A stretch of DNA of 64,000 nt. Source: Cyanobacteria bacterium P01_F01_bin.13. GTDB taxonomy: Bacteria; Cyanobacteriota; Cyanobacteriia; Phormidesmidales; Phormidesmidaceae. The DNA lies in contig JBCCXQ010000004.1 of NCBI GenBank assembly GCA_039191365.1, positions 6,458-70,457 on the forward strand, in the 5' to 3' direction. The notes under the pieces were generated by a model. It was given only the letters and a program-made list of their open reading frames with translations, did not search any database and was not told the origin of the DNA. Positions 51,967 to 63,442 of the stretch are shown here, one piece after another. Position numbers and translations under genes: made by a program. How positions within the stretch are numbered: the stretch's first letter is position 1; every line of letters begins with the position of its first letter.

Positions 51967-54900
51967 CTATGCGCTGAAGTACTTGGCAACGGGGTGGTAA
52001 GTGATGATTGCTGTAGTCGACTCTTCAGGATAGAGCTGTTCACTTTCGTCCATGGTCATGCCGATGCGATCGGTCCCCAAAATCTCTAACTGCTTGGCCT
52101 GGTCACCCACATTGGGACAAGCCGGATAACCAAAGCTGTAGCGGCTGCCCTGATAACGTTGAGCTAGCATATTGCGAATGTTATCAGGCTCTTGATCGCC
52201 ATAACCAAGTTCCTTACGGATCAGACCATGGCACCATTCCGCCATGGCTTCAGCCATTTGCACAGCCAGACCGTGGAAATATAAATAGTCGGTATACTTA
52301 TCCTCTGCAAACAGCTTTCGAGCATAGTCTGCAGAGATTTGACCAACAGTGACCGCCTGCATTGGAAAAACATCAAACTGATTCTGCTCTTTTGGCAAGA
52401 AGAAGTCGGCAATGCAAAGACGACGCATGGACTTCTGACGAGGAAACTCCCATGTGAATAAAGACTCAGCCTCCTGGGGTGAGACTCCTTGCTCAATCAT
52501 AGAAGGATGGTAAACATGGACAGAGTTACCTTCAGCTGTGCAGGGAAAATAACCGTAGATCAGCTGGGGATGTAACAGGCTCTCATCTTTGATCTTTTGT
52601 TTCCACTCAGCCAGAATGGGATGAACTTTTTCAGCTAAAAAAACATCATATTCCTCACGGGTTTGCTCCTTGGGTTTACGAAACTGCCATTGCCCCACAA
52701 ATAGTGCCTGCAAATCCAGGTGCCAGTACAGCTCATCCATATCAAAGTCTTCAGGAGTGAGAATTTTAGTCCCCCAAAACGGTGGAGTCGGACGCGGGAT
52801 ATTAATATCAACCGCTTCAGAGCGCTTGGTATCGATCATTTCAGGCACTTTTTTCTCTGCTTTTTGAGTGCCACCATTTAACTCGGCTTCAGCTCTTTCA
52901 ATAGCCTTCCGACCTTTCTTATTGTATTGAGCATACTCGCCAGTGAAGCCTTGATCATCATGCCAATTCTTTTCCTTTTTGGCGGGCATTAACCGCTCCA
53001 TAAACGTGAGATCGGCAAAGGCATCTTTACCATAAATTACCTGGCCTTGATAAGCATTCTGGCAGTCGCCATACACAAACTTTGGCGTGAGGGCTGCACC
53101 ACCAAGGATCACGGGAACAGAAATTCCCTTTTCGTTAAAGACCTCCAAATTCTCTTTCATAAAGGCTGTGGATTTTACCAGCAATCCACTCATCGCAATA
53201 CAATCGGGATGATGTTCTTCGTAGGCGGCAACAATCGCATCCACGGTTTGTTTAATGCCCAGATTAATTACCTTATAACCATTATTGGTGAGAATGATAT
53301 CCACCAGATTTTTGCCAATATCGTGAACATCACCTTTGACGGTGGCAATCAAAAACTTCCCTTTACCAGAGTCATTCTGCCCTTCTTCCTTTTCCATCAG
53401 TGGCTCTAAAAATGCCACAGCCGCCTTCATGGTTTGGGCTGACTGCAGTACAAAGGGAAGCTGCATCTGGCCCGAGCCAAAGAGTTCGCCAACCACTTTC
53501 ATACCATTCAACAAAAACGTATTGATAATTTGCAGCGGTTCATAGGAGCTATTTAGGGCTACTTGCAATGCGTCTTCTAGACCGATCCGTTCACCATCGA
53601 TAATGTGTTGTTTCAGGCGATCTTCAATGGGTAAATCCGCCAGGGAAGCAGATGAGCGGGCGTCTTTAGTGGTCACCCCTTCAAACAGTGTGGTCAGCTC
53701 CCCCAGAGGATCATAGGTGCAAATATCACCATTAAATTCTCGGTTGTCATAGATCAGATCTTTACAAACTTTTTGATGCGCTGGATCAATCTTTATCAAG
53801 GGTAAAATTTTAGCTGCCGAGACAATGGCTCCATCCATCCCTACCTGCATTGCCTCATGCAAAAACATAGAGTTTAAGGTGATACGAGCCGCCGGACTCA
53901 GACCAAAGGAGATATTAGACACTCCCAGCATAAAATGCACCCCTGGAAGATCCGCTTTGATCTGCTTAATAGCCTCAATTGTTGCCTTAGCATTCTCTCG
54001 ATCTTCTTCAATTCCAGTGGAAATAGGCAACGCCAACGTATCAAAAAACAACTCATGAGATGGCAAACCATATTCCAACGCATCGCGATAAGCACGCTGA
54101 GCAATTTGAAATTTCTTCTCAGCCGTGCGTGCCATACCGTCTTCGTCGATGCAGCCAATAACAACACCAGCACCGTAGGTTTTAGCCAGCTCCAGGACTT
54201 TGAAAAATCTCTCATCGCCGTCCTCGTAGTTGGTGGAGTTGAGAATGCATTTCCCCCCTGCCACCTTTAGACCAGCCTCCATTTTTGTCCATTCGGTGGA
54301 GTCGAGCATCAGGGGTAAGGTCACATTGGTGACGAGGCGAGACACAATGTCATGCATGTCGGCTTCACCATTACGGCCAACATAATCTACGTTGACGTCG
54401 AGAATATGCGCTCCTTCTTTGACCTGACGTTTCGCGATCGCAATCAACCCATCCCAATCATCTTCATTTAATAGCTCCCGCACCTTCCGAGAACCACTCG
54501 CATTTAAACGCTCACCCACAATCAAGAAAGAATTATCCTGATCGTAGGGCTGCGCACCATAAATCGAAGCCGCCGCAGGCGTGTAGTTCAAAGCAGGACG
54601 AGGTTCTACTGCCTCCTTGCACTCTTGTCCCCTTGTCCCCTTGTCTAGTCTGACCTGCCGCTGCTTAGGCGATAACTCATTGGCAATTTCCGCCAGGGCC
54701 GCAATATGATCAGGCCTAGTCCCACAGCAACCGCCAATCACCTGCACACCCAAATCTTCTACAAACCGATGCAGCGCTATGCGCAGCTCCATCGGCGTCA
54801 GCTTATAGTGAGCATGCCCCCCAATATTTTCCGGCAGACCTGCATTGGGAATACAAGACACCACAAACGGAGATGTTTCAGCCAGATACTTAACATGTTC

Positions 54901-55614
54901 TGTCATCAGGTCGGGGCCAGTGGCACAGTTCAAACCCAAAATATCAATCGGGTAAGGTTCCAGAATACTGACCACCGCAGTGATATCAGAGCCCACCAGC
55001 ATAGTGCCAGTCGTCTCCATCGTCACTGACACCATCAAAGGCCGCCGCTCACCCTTTTTCTCAAAGACCGCTTCAATTGCATTTAGAGCCGCCTTAATCT
55101 GCAGGACATCCTGACAGGTTTCCACAAGAAACAGATCTACTCCCCCGTCGTACAACCCTTCGGCTTGGACCATAAACGCTTCAAGCAGCTCATCGTAAGT
55201 AATATGTCCCAATGTGGGCAATTTTGTCCCAGGTCCTATGGAACCCGCTACGAAACGAGGCTGATCAGATGTAGAAAATTCAGCGGTACAGCGCTTAGCG
55301 AGTTCTGCCGCCACTTTATTCAAATTGTAGGCCTGGTCCTGCAAACCATATTCCGCAAGCACAAAGGTGCTGCCGCCAAAGGTATCAGTTTCAATTACAT
55401 CCGCACCCGCTGCCAAAAAATCTCGATGCACCGTTGCCACCGCTTCAGGCTTGGTAACCACCAAATATTCATTACAGCCCTCATAGTCCACTCCCCCAAA
55501 GTCCTCAGCAGTCAGTTCCTGGACCTGCAAATTCGTCCCCATGGCCCCATCAAAAACAATAACGGGCCGTTCAGGACTGTGCAGACGATCGAGAAAAAGA
55601 CTGTTCATAGACAT
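51967..55614 (-). CDS. metH: Cobalamin-dependent methionine synthase
   Basis: [58 protein letters not shown]. Confidence 0.98.
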   Translation of the reverse strand: MSMNSLFLDRLHSPERPVIVFDGAMGTNLQVQELTAEDFGGVDYEGCNEYLVVTKPEAVATVHRDFLAAGADVIETDTFGGSTFVLAEYGLQDQAYNLNKVAAELAKRCTAEFSTSDQPRFVAGSIGPGTKLPTLGHITYDELLEAFMVQAEGLYDGGVDLFLVETCQDVLQIKAALNAIEAVFEKKGERRPLMVSVTMETTGTMLVGSDITAVVSILEPYPIDILGLNCATGPDLMTEHVKYLAETSPFVVSCIPNAGLPENIGGHAHYKLTPMELRIALHRFVEDLGVQVIGGCCGTRPDHIAALAEIANELSPKQRQVRLDKGTRGQECKEAVEPRPALNYTPAAASIYGAQPYDQDNSFLIVGERLNASGSRKVRELLNEDDWDGLIAIAKRQVKEGAHILDVNVDYVGRNGEADMHDIVSRLVTNVTLPLMLDSTEWTKMEAGLKVAGGKCILNSTNYEDGDERFFKVLELAKTYGAGVVIGCIDEDGMARTAEKKFQIAQRAYRDALEYGLPSHELFFDTLALPISTGIEEDRENAKATIEAIKQIKADLPGVHFMLGVSNISFGLSPAARITLNSMFLHEAMQVGMDGAIVSAAKILPLIKIDPAHQKVCKDLIYDNREFNGDICTYDPLGELTTLFEGVTTKDARSSASLADLPIEDRLKQHIIDGERIGLEDALQVALNSSYEPLQIINTFLLNGMKVVGELFGSGQMQLPFVLQSAQTMKAAVAFLEPLMEKEEGQNDSGKGKFLIATVKGDVHDIGKNLVDIILTNNGYKVINLGIKQTVDAIVAAYEEHHPDCIAMSGLLVKSTAFMKENLEVFNEKGISVPVILGGAALTPKFVYGDCQNAYQGQVIYGKDAFADLTFMERLMPAKKEKNWHDDQGFTGEYAQYNKKGRKAIERAEAELNGGTQKAEKKVPEMIDTKRSEAVDINIPRPTPPFWGTKILTPEDFDMDELYWHLDLQALFVGQWQFRKPKEQTREEYDVFLAEKVHPILAEWKQKIKDESLLHPQLIYGYFPCTAEGNSVHVYHPSMIEQGVSPQEAESLFTWEFPRQKSMRRLCIADFFLPKEQNQFDVFPMQAVTVGQISADYARKLFAEDKYTDYLYFHGLAVQMAEAMAEWCHGLIRKELGYGDQEPDNIRNMLAQRYQGSRYSFGYPACPNVGDQAKQLEILGTDRIGMTMDESEQLYPEESTTAIITYHPVAKYFSA

Positions 55615-55765
55615 GCAAGTGGCTCAACAAAGCAGAAGTTATATGTATTTTATTATCAACCTTGTTAAGAAATTAATTAGCCAGATAATATCTACCCATG
55701 TATGCCATTAATAGATTCGCTAAAGTAGATGCCAATGTAATCTCCACACAGTCTGGTTCATTGGC

Positions 55766-56254
55766 ATGACCATATCCACCGAAAGACAGCGTATTGGTCT
55801 GACCCCCAACACCCTGCAAGGCGTCCACCACATTGCTTTGAATGTGAAGGATATGGGCGCATCACGTTATTTTTATGGAACAGTTTTAGGGCTACACGAA
55901 CTTACAGGCGATGAAATCCCTGCAACTCTTATAGAACTTGTCACCCAGGGCAAAGTCGCTAACTTCCGCCTACCTGACGGCACCATCTTGGACCTATTTG
56001 GTGAGCCGGATTTAGGACCTCCCAACCCCGACCCAACCCAGCAATTTACCCGAGCCAAACACATGGCCTTTGATATCGATCCGATTCTGTTTGACCAAGC
56101 CGTTGACATCCTCAAACAGAATCAAATAGCGATCGATCATGGCCCTGTGAGCCGTCCGACTGGACGAGGAATTTACTTTTACGACCCGGACGGATTTCTG
56201 TTAGAAATTCGCTGCGATCCTGCATATAGCGCAGACAACTTTCCTTGCCCGTGA
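55766..56254 (+). CDS. VOC/glyoxalase family protein
   Basis: VHHIALNV.D, H.AFDI, YFYDPDGFLLE. Confidence 0.9.
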   Translation: MTISTERQRIGLTPNTLQGVHHIALNVKDMGASRYFYGTVLGLHELTGDEIPATLIELVTQGKVANFRLPDGTILDLFGEPDLGPPNPDPTQQFTRAKHMAFDIDPILFDQAVDILKQNQIAIDHGPVSRPTGRGIYFYDPDGFLLEIRCDPAYSADNFPCP

Positions 56255-56372
56255 AACTGACCTGCATCAAACTATGGTGCGCCTTTTCATATCAATATTA
56301 ATTGGTTAGGCAGAAACTCTAGACCTGACTCTGGGTAACTTTTAGTAAACGCACAAAGATAGGGAAAGAGGA

Positions 56373-57917
56373 ATGATGCAGAACCGACTTGCTCTAATAC
56401 TTTTAAGCGCCGTGACTTTCCTCGGCAGCACTGCGACCACAGGCCTAGCCCAATTAGTCGGCACCAATGCAGCTGAGGAATTTAGTAATGACGTTATTTT
56501 CTTGGAGCCTGACGATAATGCTGACACTGAAACTGTTCCCGAAGCCCAAAGCGACTTTATAGAACCCGTCCTGCCAGATGAGACTCCTGCCGAGGATGTC
56601 CCAGCTGACAGTTCCAGCGATACAGCACCCGAGACTTCTAGCTATATTGAGCGTTTTCAAGAAGGGCTAGAGCACTATCGCGAAGGTAACGATGAATTGG
56701 CCATCGAAGAATTTAATGCTGCTATCGGTCTGAACCCCGAATATGCCCCTGCCTATCTGTTTCGCGGTGCTGCCTTTGCCAGATTAGAGAATACATCGGC
56801 CGCCCTAAATAGCTACAACGCAGCCCTTAGTATCGATTCTGAGTACAGCGCTGCCTATCTCAACCGAGGCATTCTTTACTACGACCTACAAGCACCGGAC
56901 CTGGCCCTGGAAGATTTTGATCGTGCCATTGCCACGGATCCTAACTCAGCCACAGCCTACATATATCGAGGACTGTTGGATTCAGAACGCGGCAACTATC
57001 AAACGGCGTTGGAGTATCTCAATGATGCTGTTCTTATAGACCCGAACCAGGCCTCTGCCTACTTCCATCGGGGTTTAATCTTCAAAGCTCTGGATGACCA
57101 AGAAATGGCCGTTAACGAGTTTACTAAGGCTATCAACCGACAAGACAACTATGCAGCAGCCTTTCTCAATCGAGGTGTAGCCCACTACAGGCTAAGTACC
57201 ATGGCAGCCGCACTAGCAGATTTCGATCAGGCGATCGATATAGACGACACCAACCTAGAAGCCTACTATAACCGGAGTTTTGTACTGTTAGCCCAGGCTC
57301 GTCCCAAAGCTGCCCTGGAGGATCTAAACACAGTACTCACGCTAGATCCTGGTTATGCGGACGCCTATTTAATTCGAGGGCAAATCTATGCTTCGGCAGG
57401 CAATACAGAGGCGGCTATTAGCAACTTTAATCAGACCCTGGAACTCACTCCCAATTCTGCTGAAGCTTACTATGGTCGAGGTAAAGCCTACATGATTGGC
57501 GGCGAGCAGCAAATAGCAGTTGCTGACTTTACCAATGCCCTTACCCTCAATCCTAACCATGCGCCCTCCTACAAAAGTCGTGGAGACGCTTTTGCCAATC
57601 TGGGCAATAGCATGAATGCCATTGGTGACTATACGACTGCCATCGATCTGGATGCTAGCTACTGGGATGCTTATGCTAGTCGTGGACGCACCCACTATGA
57701 AACTGGCAACTATGAGGACGCCTATGTTGACTTTTCGCGGGTAATTGCTGCCAATGCAATGGACCCAGATGCCTACTACTATCGCGGCATTACCAATGCA
57801 CTTCTCGATAACACCAGCGCTGCAGAAGCTGACCTAGAAAAAGCTGGCAGTCTCTATTTGAACAACAATGAGGCAGAGCGTTATCGACTAGTGTTGGATG
57901 CCTTAAATAAGCTGTAG
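56373..57917 (+). CDS. Exported TPR-repeat protein (about 12 repeats)
   Basis: Signal peptide, acidic linker, regular 34-aa AY.NRG...A..DF..AI...P units. Confidence 0.92.
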   Translation: MMQNRLALILLSAVTFLGSTATTGLAQLVGTNAAEEFSNDVIFLEPDDNADTETVPEAQSDFIEPVLPDETPAEDVPADSSSDTAPETSSYIERFQEGLEHYREGNDELAIEEFNAAIGLNPEYAPAYLFRGAAFARLENTSAALNSYNAALSIDSEYSAAYLNRGILYYDLQAPDLALEDFDRAIATDPNSATAYIYRGLLDSERGNYQTALEYLNDAVLIDPNQASAYFHRGLIFKALDDQEMAVNEFTKAINRQDNYAAAFLNRGVAHYRLSTMAAALADFDQAIDIDDTNLEAYYNRSFVLLAQARPKAALEDLNTVLTLDPGYADAYLIRGQIYASAGNTEAAISNFNQTLELTPNSAEAYYGRGKAYMIGGEQQIAVADFTNALTLNPNHAPSYKSRGDAFANLGNSMNAIGDYTTAIDLDASYWDAYASRGRTHYETGNYEDAYVDFSRVIAANAMDPDAYYYRGITNALLDNTSAAEADLEKAGSLYLNNNEAERYRLVLDALNKL

Positions 57918-57976
57918 CCTCCTAATACCTATCTCGATTTATCCTAGAAGGGATATTTTGATGCGGGTTAACTCCT

Positions 57977-58477
57977 ATGGTTCGGTGGCTGATTGGCATT
58001 TTTATCTTTCTTTGTGTGCAGTGCTGTCTGATTACACCACCGGCCTTTGCCTCAGTACATGTCTACCATGAGCGTCCTGGCCAAATCACATTGCGATCGC
58101 AACAAAGCCTGCGCGATCGCAATGACCGCTCATGGCAAACGATTCTGTTCAAACGCTATCGTGCCGATGGCTTAGAAGGGATGTATCTTCGACTGGTAGG
58201 GTTTCCTGGTGTGGTTGACGTTGATCCACAAAAACCCTTAACCATCAACACAGGCACCACACTTCAGTGGCAGGCACTCCCTAAACTGGATCCACCCACA
58301 CCGGCCTTACCTAACAATACAAACCAGTACGATGTAGCCGATGTAATGACCGACTTGCAGAAGGCAATCCCCTTAACCTTGATGGTGCCGCTCCAGGGCA
58401 AAGCCGCTAGCGAGATTATTGTGCCGCCCTATGCCGTCCAAGAATGGCGAGACTTGGTAGCGCAAACGGTTGAATAG
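57977..58477 (+). CDS. DUF3122 family protein
   Basis: Signal peptide; E.PGQ...RS.QSLRD...SWQ.ILFKR, LRLVGFPG, QYD, EW. Confidence 0.8.
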   Translation: MVRWLIGIFIFLCVQCCLITPPAFASVHVYHERPGQITLRSQQSLRDRNDRSWQTILFKRYRADGLEGMYLRLVGFPGVVDVDPQKPLTINTGTTLQWQALPKLDPPTPALPNNTNQYDVADVMTDLQKAIPLTLMVPLQGKAASEIIVPPYAVQEWRDLVAQTVE

Positions 58478-58498
58478 GTGGGCATATCTAACTTGCAA

Positions 58499-59410
58499 TT
58501 ATTCTTCGCCTGCATGGTACGAGCTCCGCACCAGCGGCCCCGACCGCACTTGAGAAAACCCAAGACCATGGGCAATCTCTCCCAGAGAGTCAAATTCTGC
58601 AGGAGTCCAATAGCGCTGAACTGGGAGATGGGCCAGGGAGGGCCGCATGTATTGGCCCAGGGTGATGCGATCGCACCCCACCGCACGTAAATCCTTCATC
58701 GTAGCTACCAGTTCGTCCTCCGTTTCACCGTGACCTAACATCAGTCCGGACTTAGTGGGAATAGACGCATCTAATTCTTTGACATAGCGCAGCACCTCCA
58801 GCGAACGGCGGTACTTTGCCCCCCGGCGAACCGGCCCCTGCAACCGCTCCACCGTTTCCACATTGTGATTAAAACAGACAGGCTTGGCCGCCACAATCAT
58901 TTCTAGCCGCTGTCGCTGCTGGTCTTCAGGATTAGGACCTCCCCAAAAATCTGATGTAAGCAACTCAATTTGAGTCTCTGGAGTCATGCCACGAATCGCC
59001 GTCATGGTAGCCACAAACCACCCAGCACCATGGTCACTGAGATCATCCCGGGCCACCGATGTTAGCACCACATACTTTAGCCCCAATAACTTGACCGATT
59101 CCGCCACTTTTTTGGGCTCCTCTGGATCCAAGGGCATGGGAGCATGGCCCTTATCCACCTGACAAAATGCACAGGCACGGGTACATGTGGGACCCATAAG
59201 TAAAAAAGAAGCCGTTTTATTGGCGTAGCACTCACTCCGATTCGGACACCGCCCCTCCTCGCAAATTGTGTGAATCTGACGCTGTTTAATAATTTTCTGT
59301 ACGGTTGATAGGTCACTGGCTCGACCGATCGGTCGCCTTAGCCAATCTGGTAGCTGAACAATCTCAGGCCGAGTAACACTGCTGGAACGCATTTGAGATA
59401 CACTTTCCAT
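58499..59410 (-). CDS. lipA: Lipoyl synthase
   Basis: [48 protein letters not shown]. Confidence 0.97.
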   Translation of the reverse strand: MESVSQMRSSSVTRPEIVQLPDWLRRPIGRASDLSTVQKIIKQRQIHTICEEGRCPNRSECYANKTASFLLMGPTCTRACAFCQVDKGHAPMPLDPEEPKKVAESVKLLGLKYVVLTSVARDDLSDHGAGWFVATMTAIRGMTPETQIELLTSDFWGGPNPEDQQRQRLEMIVAAKPVCFNHNVETVERLQGPVRRGAKYRRSLEVLRYVKELDASIPTKSGLMLGHGETEDELVATMKDLRAVGCDRITLGQYMRPSLAHLPVQRYWTPAEFDSLGEIAHGLGFSQVRSGPLVRSSYHAGEE

Positions 59411-59656
59411 GACACAATCCGCTTTTCTAAAATAAACTGAGTATCCTGGACATCACGCCAATATACGCATAATGATGGCTCTACAGAAAAGTTCTATATA
59501 CTTTTGATCCTGTATGATGCTGAGAAACCAATCAGGGTCAAACCTATCATCCTTACCAACCAAGGTGGGCAACATCTTTTTATATCACTGCTGAGTTAGG
59601 AGATGACCAGCAGTACTTCACTTATATAAACTGTAGCTATCTAATAGGAGTTAATC

Positions 59657-60214
59657 GTGGCAGCAAGTCATAAGATTCTAGTTATCGATGACAGTCGAGT
59701 CATCAGAATGCGCGTTCGCGATATGTTGCCCCAAGGAAACTTTGAGGTAATCGAGGCAACTGATGGTGTTGAAGGACTAGATGCTATCCGCAATCAAAGG
59801 CCCAACTTGATCATGCTCGATTTTTTGCTGCCGCGCATGAGTGGTTGGGAAGTCTTCCAAGAAATCCAGGCCTCGCCAGAATTACAAAAAATTCCTCTGG
59901 TTCTGATGTCAGGCCGTCGGGAAGAAGTCACCGAAAAAATTCCTGGCCCCTTCGAATATTTTGAGTTCATTCAGAAACCCTTCGAGCAAAAGGAACTAAT
60001 TGAAGCCATCAAGGCCTCTATGGTCAAGGCTCGTAAGGTGCGCCCTCAAACTGCTGCCACCACATCGGCCCCGGCGGCTGGCAATGCCACAACCGATAAC
60101 AGCGCTGAAATCGCAGCTCTGAAGCAACAGGTTGCCACCCTCCAAAAGGAAGTGGCTACCCTGAAAAACCAGACAGCCAAGATTTTGACCTTTATCAAGC
60201 AAAAGCTACGCTAA
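59657..60214 (+). CDS. Response regulator (receiver plus C-terminal coiled coil)
   Basis: LVIDDS, IMLDFLLP.MSG, KPF; heptad IAALKQQVATLQKEVATLK; GTG start with SD AGGAG. Confidence 0.9.
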   Translation: MAASHKILVIDDSRVIRMRVRDMLPQGNFEVIEATDGVEGLDAIRNQRPNLIMLDFLLPRMSGWEVFQEIQASPELQKIPLVLMSGRREEVTEKIPGPFEYFEFIQKPFEQKELIEAIKASMVKARKVRPQTAATTSAPAAGNATTDNSAEIAALKQQVATLQKEVATLKNQTAKILTFIKQKLR

Positions 60215-60275
60215 AGGAGTCAAGGGGGTGGGCAATGCTTACCTCATGGGAGGGTATTAAAAGTACCGTATCGGT

Positions 60276-60869
60276 CTAGGTCAGAGCCTGACGGCCTTCC
60301 AGTGCTCGAGCGAGGGTAACTTCGTCAGCGTATTCTAAATCACCACCCATGGGCAAACCAAAGGCAATGCGCGTCACCTTGGTAAATGGCTTGATCAGCT
60401 GAGCAACATATAGCGTGGTGGTATCGCCCTCAATGCTAGGGCTAATGGCTAAGATAACCTCCGCAATATCTTCTTTATTGACCCGATGCACCAATTGGCC
60501 AATATTCAGCTGCTCTGGGCCAATACCATCCATAGGCGAAATTAAACCACCCAGCACATGATATTTGCCCTGATACTCCCGAGTGCGCTCAATAGCAATC
60601 ACATCCCGGGAATCAGCCACCACACAGAGGGTTTGATGATCCCGTCGCGTCGAACGGCAAATATTGCAGACCGGGTCCGCCGATAGATGAAAACAAATAG
60701 AACACTGGCCCACCTGCTGTTTTGCATCCACCAGGGCCTGGGCTAGGGCTCTTACTTCAGCTTCTGGGCGATTGAGAATATGCAACGCCAAACGCTGGGC
60801 AGTTTTAGGCCCAACGCCAGGCAACCGCTGCAACTCCTCAATTAATTTCGCTAACGGACGTGTATAAAT
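60276..60869 (-). CDS. recR: Recombination mediator RecR (probable ATT start)
   Basis: (I/M)[28 protein letters not shown]4 Zn finger, YHVLGG.ISP.DG, EGDTT, DLEYAD. Confidence 0.95.
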   Translation of the reverse strand: MYTRPLAKLIEELQRLPGVGPKTAQRLALHILNRPEAEVRALAQALVDAKQQVGQCSICFHLSADPVCNICRSTRRDHQTLCVVADSRDVIAIERTREYQGKYHVLGGLISPMDGIGPEQLNIGQLVHRVNKEDIAEVILAISPSIEGDTTTLYVAQLIKPFTKVTRIAFGLPMGGDLEYADEVTLARALEGRQALT

Positions 60870-60926
60870 AGCCGCAACTCCTTTGAATTTTTGACATTGC
60901 TAATTGTCAACCTCACATAGCAATCG

Positions 60927-61142
60927 CTATTCTTCTTCAGTTGCATCAGCAACGTCTTCACTCTGACCACGCACTGGAGGCAGTTTTTCCACTAACCCCA
61001 TGGTGAAAGCCACATCAGGCAAATCTCCCGTCAAATATTTGCCGGGTTCAAACACACGACCTGGAGTGAAGCAGATCTGTCGTAGCTCCACCAGTTCAGT
61101 CGCCTCAAACATTGCTCGCGATAGCCGACGCTCTAACGCCAT
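60927..61142 (-). CDS. Small hypothetical protein (71 aa) directly downstream of raf1
   Basis: ATG at 61142 with strong SD GGAGGAGG; MALERRLSRAMFEATELVELRQICFTPGRVFEPGKY... Confidence 0.75.
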   Translation of the reverse strand: MALERRLSRAMFEATELVELRQICFTPGRVFEPGKYLTGDLPDVAFTMGLVEKLPPVRGQSEDVADATEEE

Positions 61143-61169
61143 AGTGCCTCCTCCTAAAATCTGCAAAGA

Positions 61170-62252
61170 CTATTCGTCAAGTTGCCATAGCTCCTGAGTA
61201 TAGTCTTCATCTAAAACTTTTTTGGGTCGTACTATCACCACCACACGCCCCAGCAATGAGGTATTGGGCTCAGTATCAAACCAGCGCACAGTGAGCTGAC
61301 CACTATCATCATCGACGACAAAATAACTGCCGTCATCCCAGGTCTGCTGCTGGCGATCGACTAATACTAAAACAGTCTCTGAGACGTTGCTTTTAGACTG
61401 ATTTGGCAGGTGATTAAAGGGCATCAGAAATGCGATCGCATCCTTGGCCGTTAGCACTACCTGCCACCCAGGCAATGGGACCCAAGCCTGTTGACCAGAT
61501 GCTTGCACTACTCCAAACGCTCCTTCTGGCTCCATTTTAGGCACAGCCTGAAAATCAGCAACAGGAATGGGCCACTGACCCACCATGGGCACTACATAGG
61601 GCACATCGGTATCGGTTTCGAAACGGAATAGAGGCAGTCGAGGCGTGGGTTTGGCCTTAACTACGGCAAAGTCAGTAAGCAGTTTTTCGATGGCTGCACG
61701 GGCTTCTGGGCTATGGGCAAACCGTAATCCTTGGGCAATCAGTCGCGATCTCGACTGCAAGTCAGACGTTTGCCGTGCCAGATTCCAATAGAAAAAGGCG
61801 GCCGCATCCCCCGGATGATCGGTAAAACCCTCAGGCAGATCGCTACGGTAGGAGTATTCTTTGAGCGCTTTGGCGATATCACGGACCTGTTCTGAGTCTA
61901 GACCCTGGTCATAGACAAACTGCACAGCTTTAGCTCGCTCCTCTTTAGCCAGGATGCGAAGCTCATAGAGAGAGTCACTGCCTCGGGTTGTAAAGTGCTC
62001 CAACACTGACTCCGCGACGGCCCCACCGGTAATCGACTGATACACCTGACCCGCCACAATAATCTGATTCTGCTGAATCGGCTCAAACCCGGTGCCCTCA
62101 AAAATCGCCTGAGGTGACATGCCAGACTTTTGTAGCGTTTGGCAAGCCGTTGCCCAGTCAACCCAATTGCCTTGTTTACGACGTAATTGCAAAAGCAGAG
62201 CCTCTGTATCCGGTGGAGGTAAATTTTCAGCAGGAGTGGTCATTGGCGTCAT
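61170..62252 (-). CDS. raf1: Rubisco accumulation factor 1
   Basis: LRRKQGNWVDW..AC..L, IFE.TGFEPIQQNQIIVA.QVY, GSD.LYELRIL, HPGDA, P.LP..R.E, LPGWQ, RPKKVLDE, WQLDE. Confidence 0.95.
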   Translation of the reverse strand: MTPMTTPAENLPPPDTEALLLQLRRKQGNWVDWATACQTLQKSGMSPQAIFEGTGFEPIQQNQIIVAGQVYQSITGGAVAESVLEHFTTRGSDSLYELRILAKEERAKAVQFVYDQGLDSEQVRDIAKALKEYSYRSDLPEGFTDHPGDAAAFFYWNLARQTSDLQSRSRLIAQGLRFAHSPEARAAIEKLLTDFAVVKAKPTPRLPLFRFETDTDVPYVVPMVGQWPIPVADFQAVPKMEPEGAFGVVQASGQQAWVPLPGWQVVLTAKDAIAFLMPFNHLPNQSKSNVSETVLVLVDRQQQTWDDGSYFVVDDDSGQLTVRWFDTEPNTSLLGRVVVIVRPKKVLDEDYTQELWQLDE

Positions 62253-62479
62253 TAACCGAAAAGCGCTTTTCGACTTTATCGTGGATAGCCAACGAAGACA
62301 CAGGAGTTACTAACTTTTTTTACGCCTCAGATATAGTTGCAAATTAAAACGCCGGCGCGTCTTTCTCAAAATATCTCACTCACTACAGTCCATATTTCTC
62401 TATTAAAAGACAGTAGTCATAGACAACAGGCTTCCTTCTTAACATTTTATCCTGATCTCGCAGACAACAAAGAACACTC

Positions 62480-62529
62480 AAAAAAAGAAAGCCTCAAAGG
62501 CTGTTGATTAAAAGACAACAGCCTTTGAG
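62480..62529 (-). terminator. Terminator closing the NfeD-like/Zn-ribbon unit
   Basis: Perfect 14-bp stem ctcaaaggctgttg/caacagcctttgag followed by T run on the minus strand. Confidence 0.85.
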
Positions 62530-62612
62530 ACCAACCAGCCGTCCAACATCATCAGGACAACAAAATATCTCCCTCCAATCAAGCAACTATCAGCAAAAAG
62601 AGAATACCAACC

Positions 62613-62837
62613 TCAAAGCAACAAAAGCAAAAGCCAAATCCCTACAAATGGCCACCAAACAACAGCAGAATCATCTTCTTGAGGTTGTCGTTCAGGAAGT
62701 TCCTGAGATGAACTACAAGCAAGGCACTGATAAATGTTAGAGCCTACCTTGAGCAAAGCAACTTTCGAACACTTTGGGCAGGTATACAGTGAATAAACAC
62801 ACGAAGCATCAAGAATCTTCTTCTCTTTTTCTTGCAT
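62613..62837 (-). CDS. Small Zn-ribbon protein with C-terminal membrane anchor
   Basis: CPKC-x13-CLAC; hydrophobic tail VVWWPFVGIWLLLLLL. Confidence 0.7.
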   Translation of the reverse strand: MQEKEKKILDASCVYSLYTCPKCSKVALLKVGSNIYQCLACSSSQELPERQPQEDDSAVVWWPFVGIWLLLLLL

Positions 62838-62864
62838 TGTTTTATACCAGCTACAAAACAGAAG

Positions 62865-63209
62865 TCAATCGTGTCGCCCCTCAAAACCACACTGATATTG
62901 TTCAACCAACAACGTATGATTTTGCCAATCTATCACCCGGATCTGATGCCCTGGATAGATAGTCATATTGCTATTAGACAAGGCAAACCACAGACGCCCT
63001 TTGACCCTAACCACCCCTTTCCTCAAAGTGGTAATTTCGGTAAAAGCAACACCAACAGCTTTCAAAGCGCAATCCATTGGTGACAAGCTAAGTTTATAAG
63101 ACTCGTTAAAGTAACCCTTGGCAGAAAGCTTGCCAAGAATCGTCAATGGTCTATCTCGATGCAGCTTGATCATTCCATCGCACAAGCACCGCTCTATCAA
63201 ATTTGACAT
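62865..63209 (-). CDS. NfeD-like C-terminal OB-fold protein
   Basis: I....KG.VRVKGRLWFA......I.PG..IRVI.....TLLVE pattern; SD AGGAG upstream. Confidence 0.72.
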   Translation of the reverse strand: MSNLIERCLCDGMIKLHRDRPLTILGKLSAKGYFNESYKLSLSPMDCALKAVGVAFTEITTLRKGVVRVKGRLWFALSNSNMTIYPGHQIRVIDWQNHTLLVEQYQCGFEGRHD

Positions 63210-63407
63210 CTACTGCTCCTGATTTGATTTTATGAAGTACACAAAGCGAATAACTGCTCTAGCCAATTAGTTGTACTACAGGGACAAGGACACAAAAAAA
63301 GGTTCTGCACTCAATAGAATTCCTTCTTTAGCGCTCCCAAATTTAGTAATCAACAGGAACAAATCTATAGTTACATACATCAACGTTTACGACTTGTTGA
63401 CTTATTG

Positions 63408-63442
63408 CTTACACTCACTTACTTGTGCTTACATTCGCTTAC
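63408..63442. promoter_or_regulatory. Four CTTAC direct repeats at exact 10-bp period (putative operator array)
   Basis: CTTAC at 63408, 63418, 63428, 63438; candidate -10 boxes TAGGAT (+, 63462-63467) and TAGATT (-, 63362-63367). Confidence 0.7.

Larger units (their letters stand above)
315..61439. repeat. HIP1 octamer GCGATCGC, dispersed (about 23 copies by eye)
   Basis: Copies at 315, 1831, 2045, 5266, 9401, 15093, 17994, 29947, 32467, 33143, 36053, 39193, 41486, 43351, 44818, 49639, 49823, 50167, 54434, 58093, 58113, 58667, 61432; about 1 expected by chance in 64 kb. Confidence 0.9.

Noticed and set aside
55615-55765. Cobalamin or SAM riboswitch upstream of metH
   Set aside because: 150-nt AT-rich divergent spacer with no B12-box or SAM consensus
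490-62347. Numerous 60-170 aa antisense or out-of-frame ORFs overlapping identified genes
   Set aside because: Shadows of well-supported CDSs, with no motifs of their own
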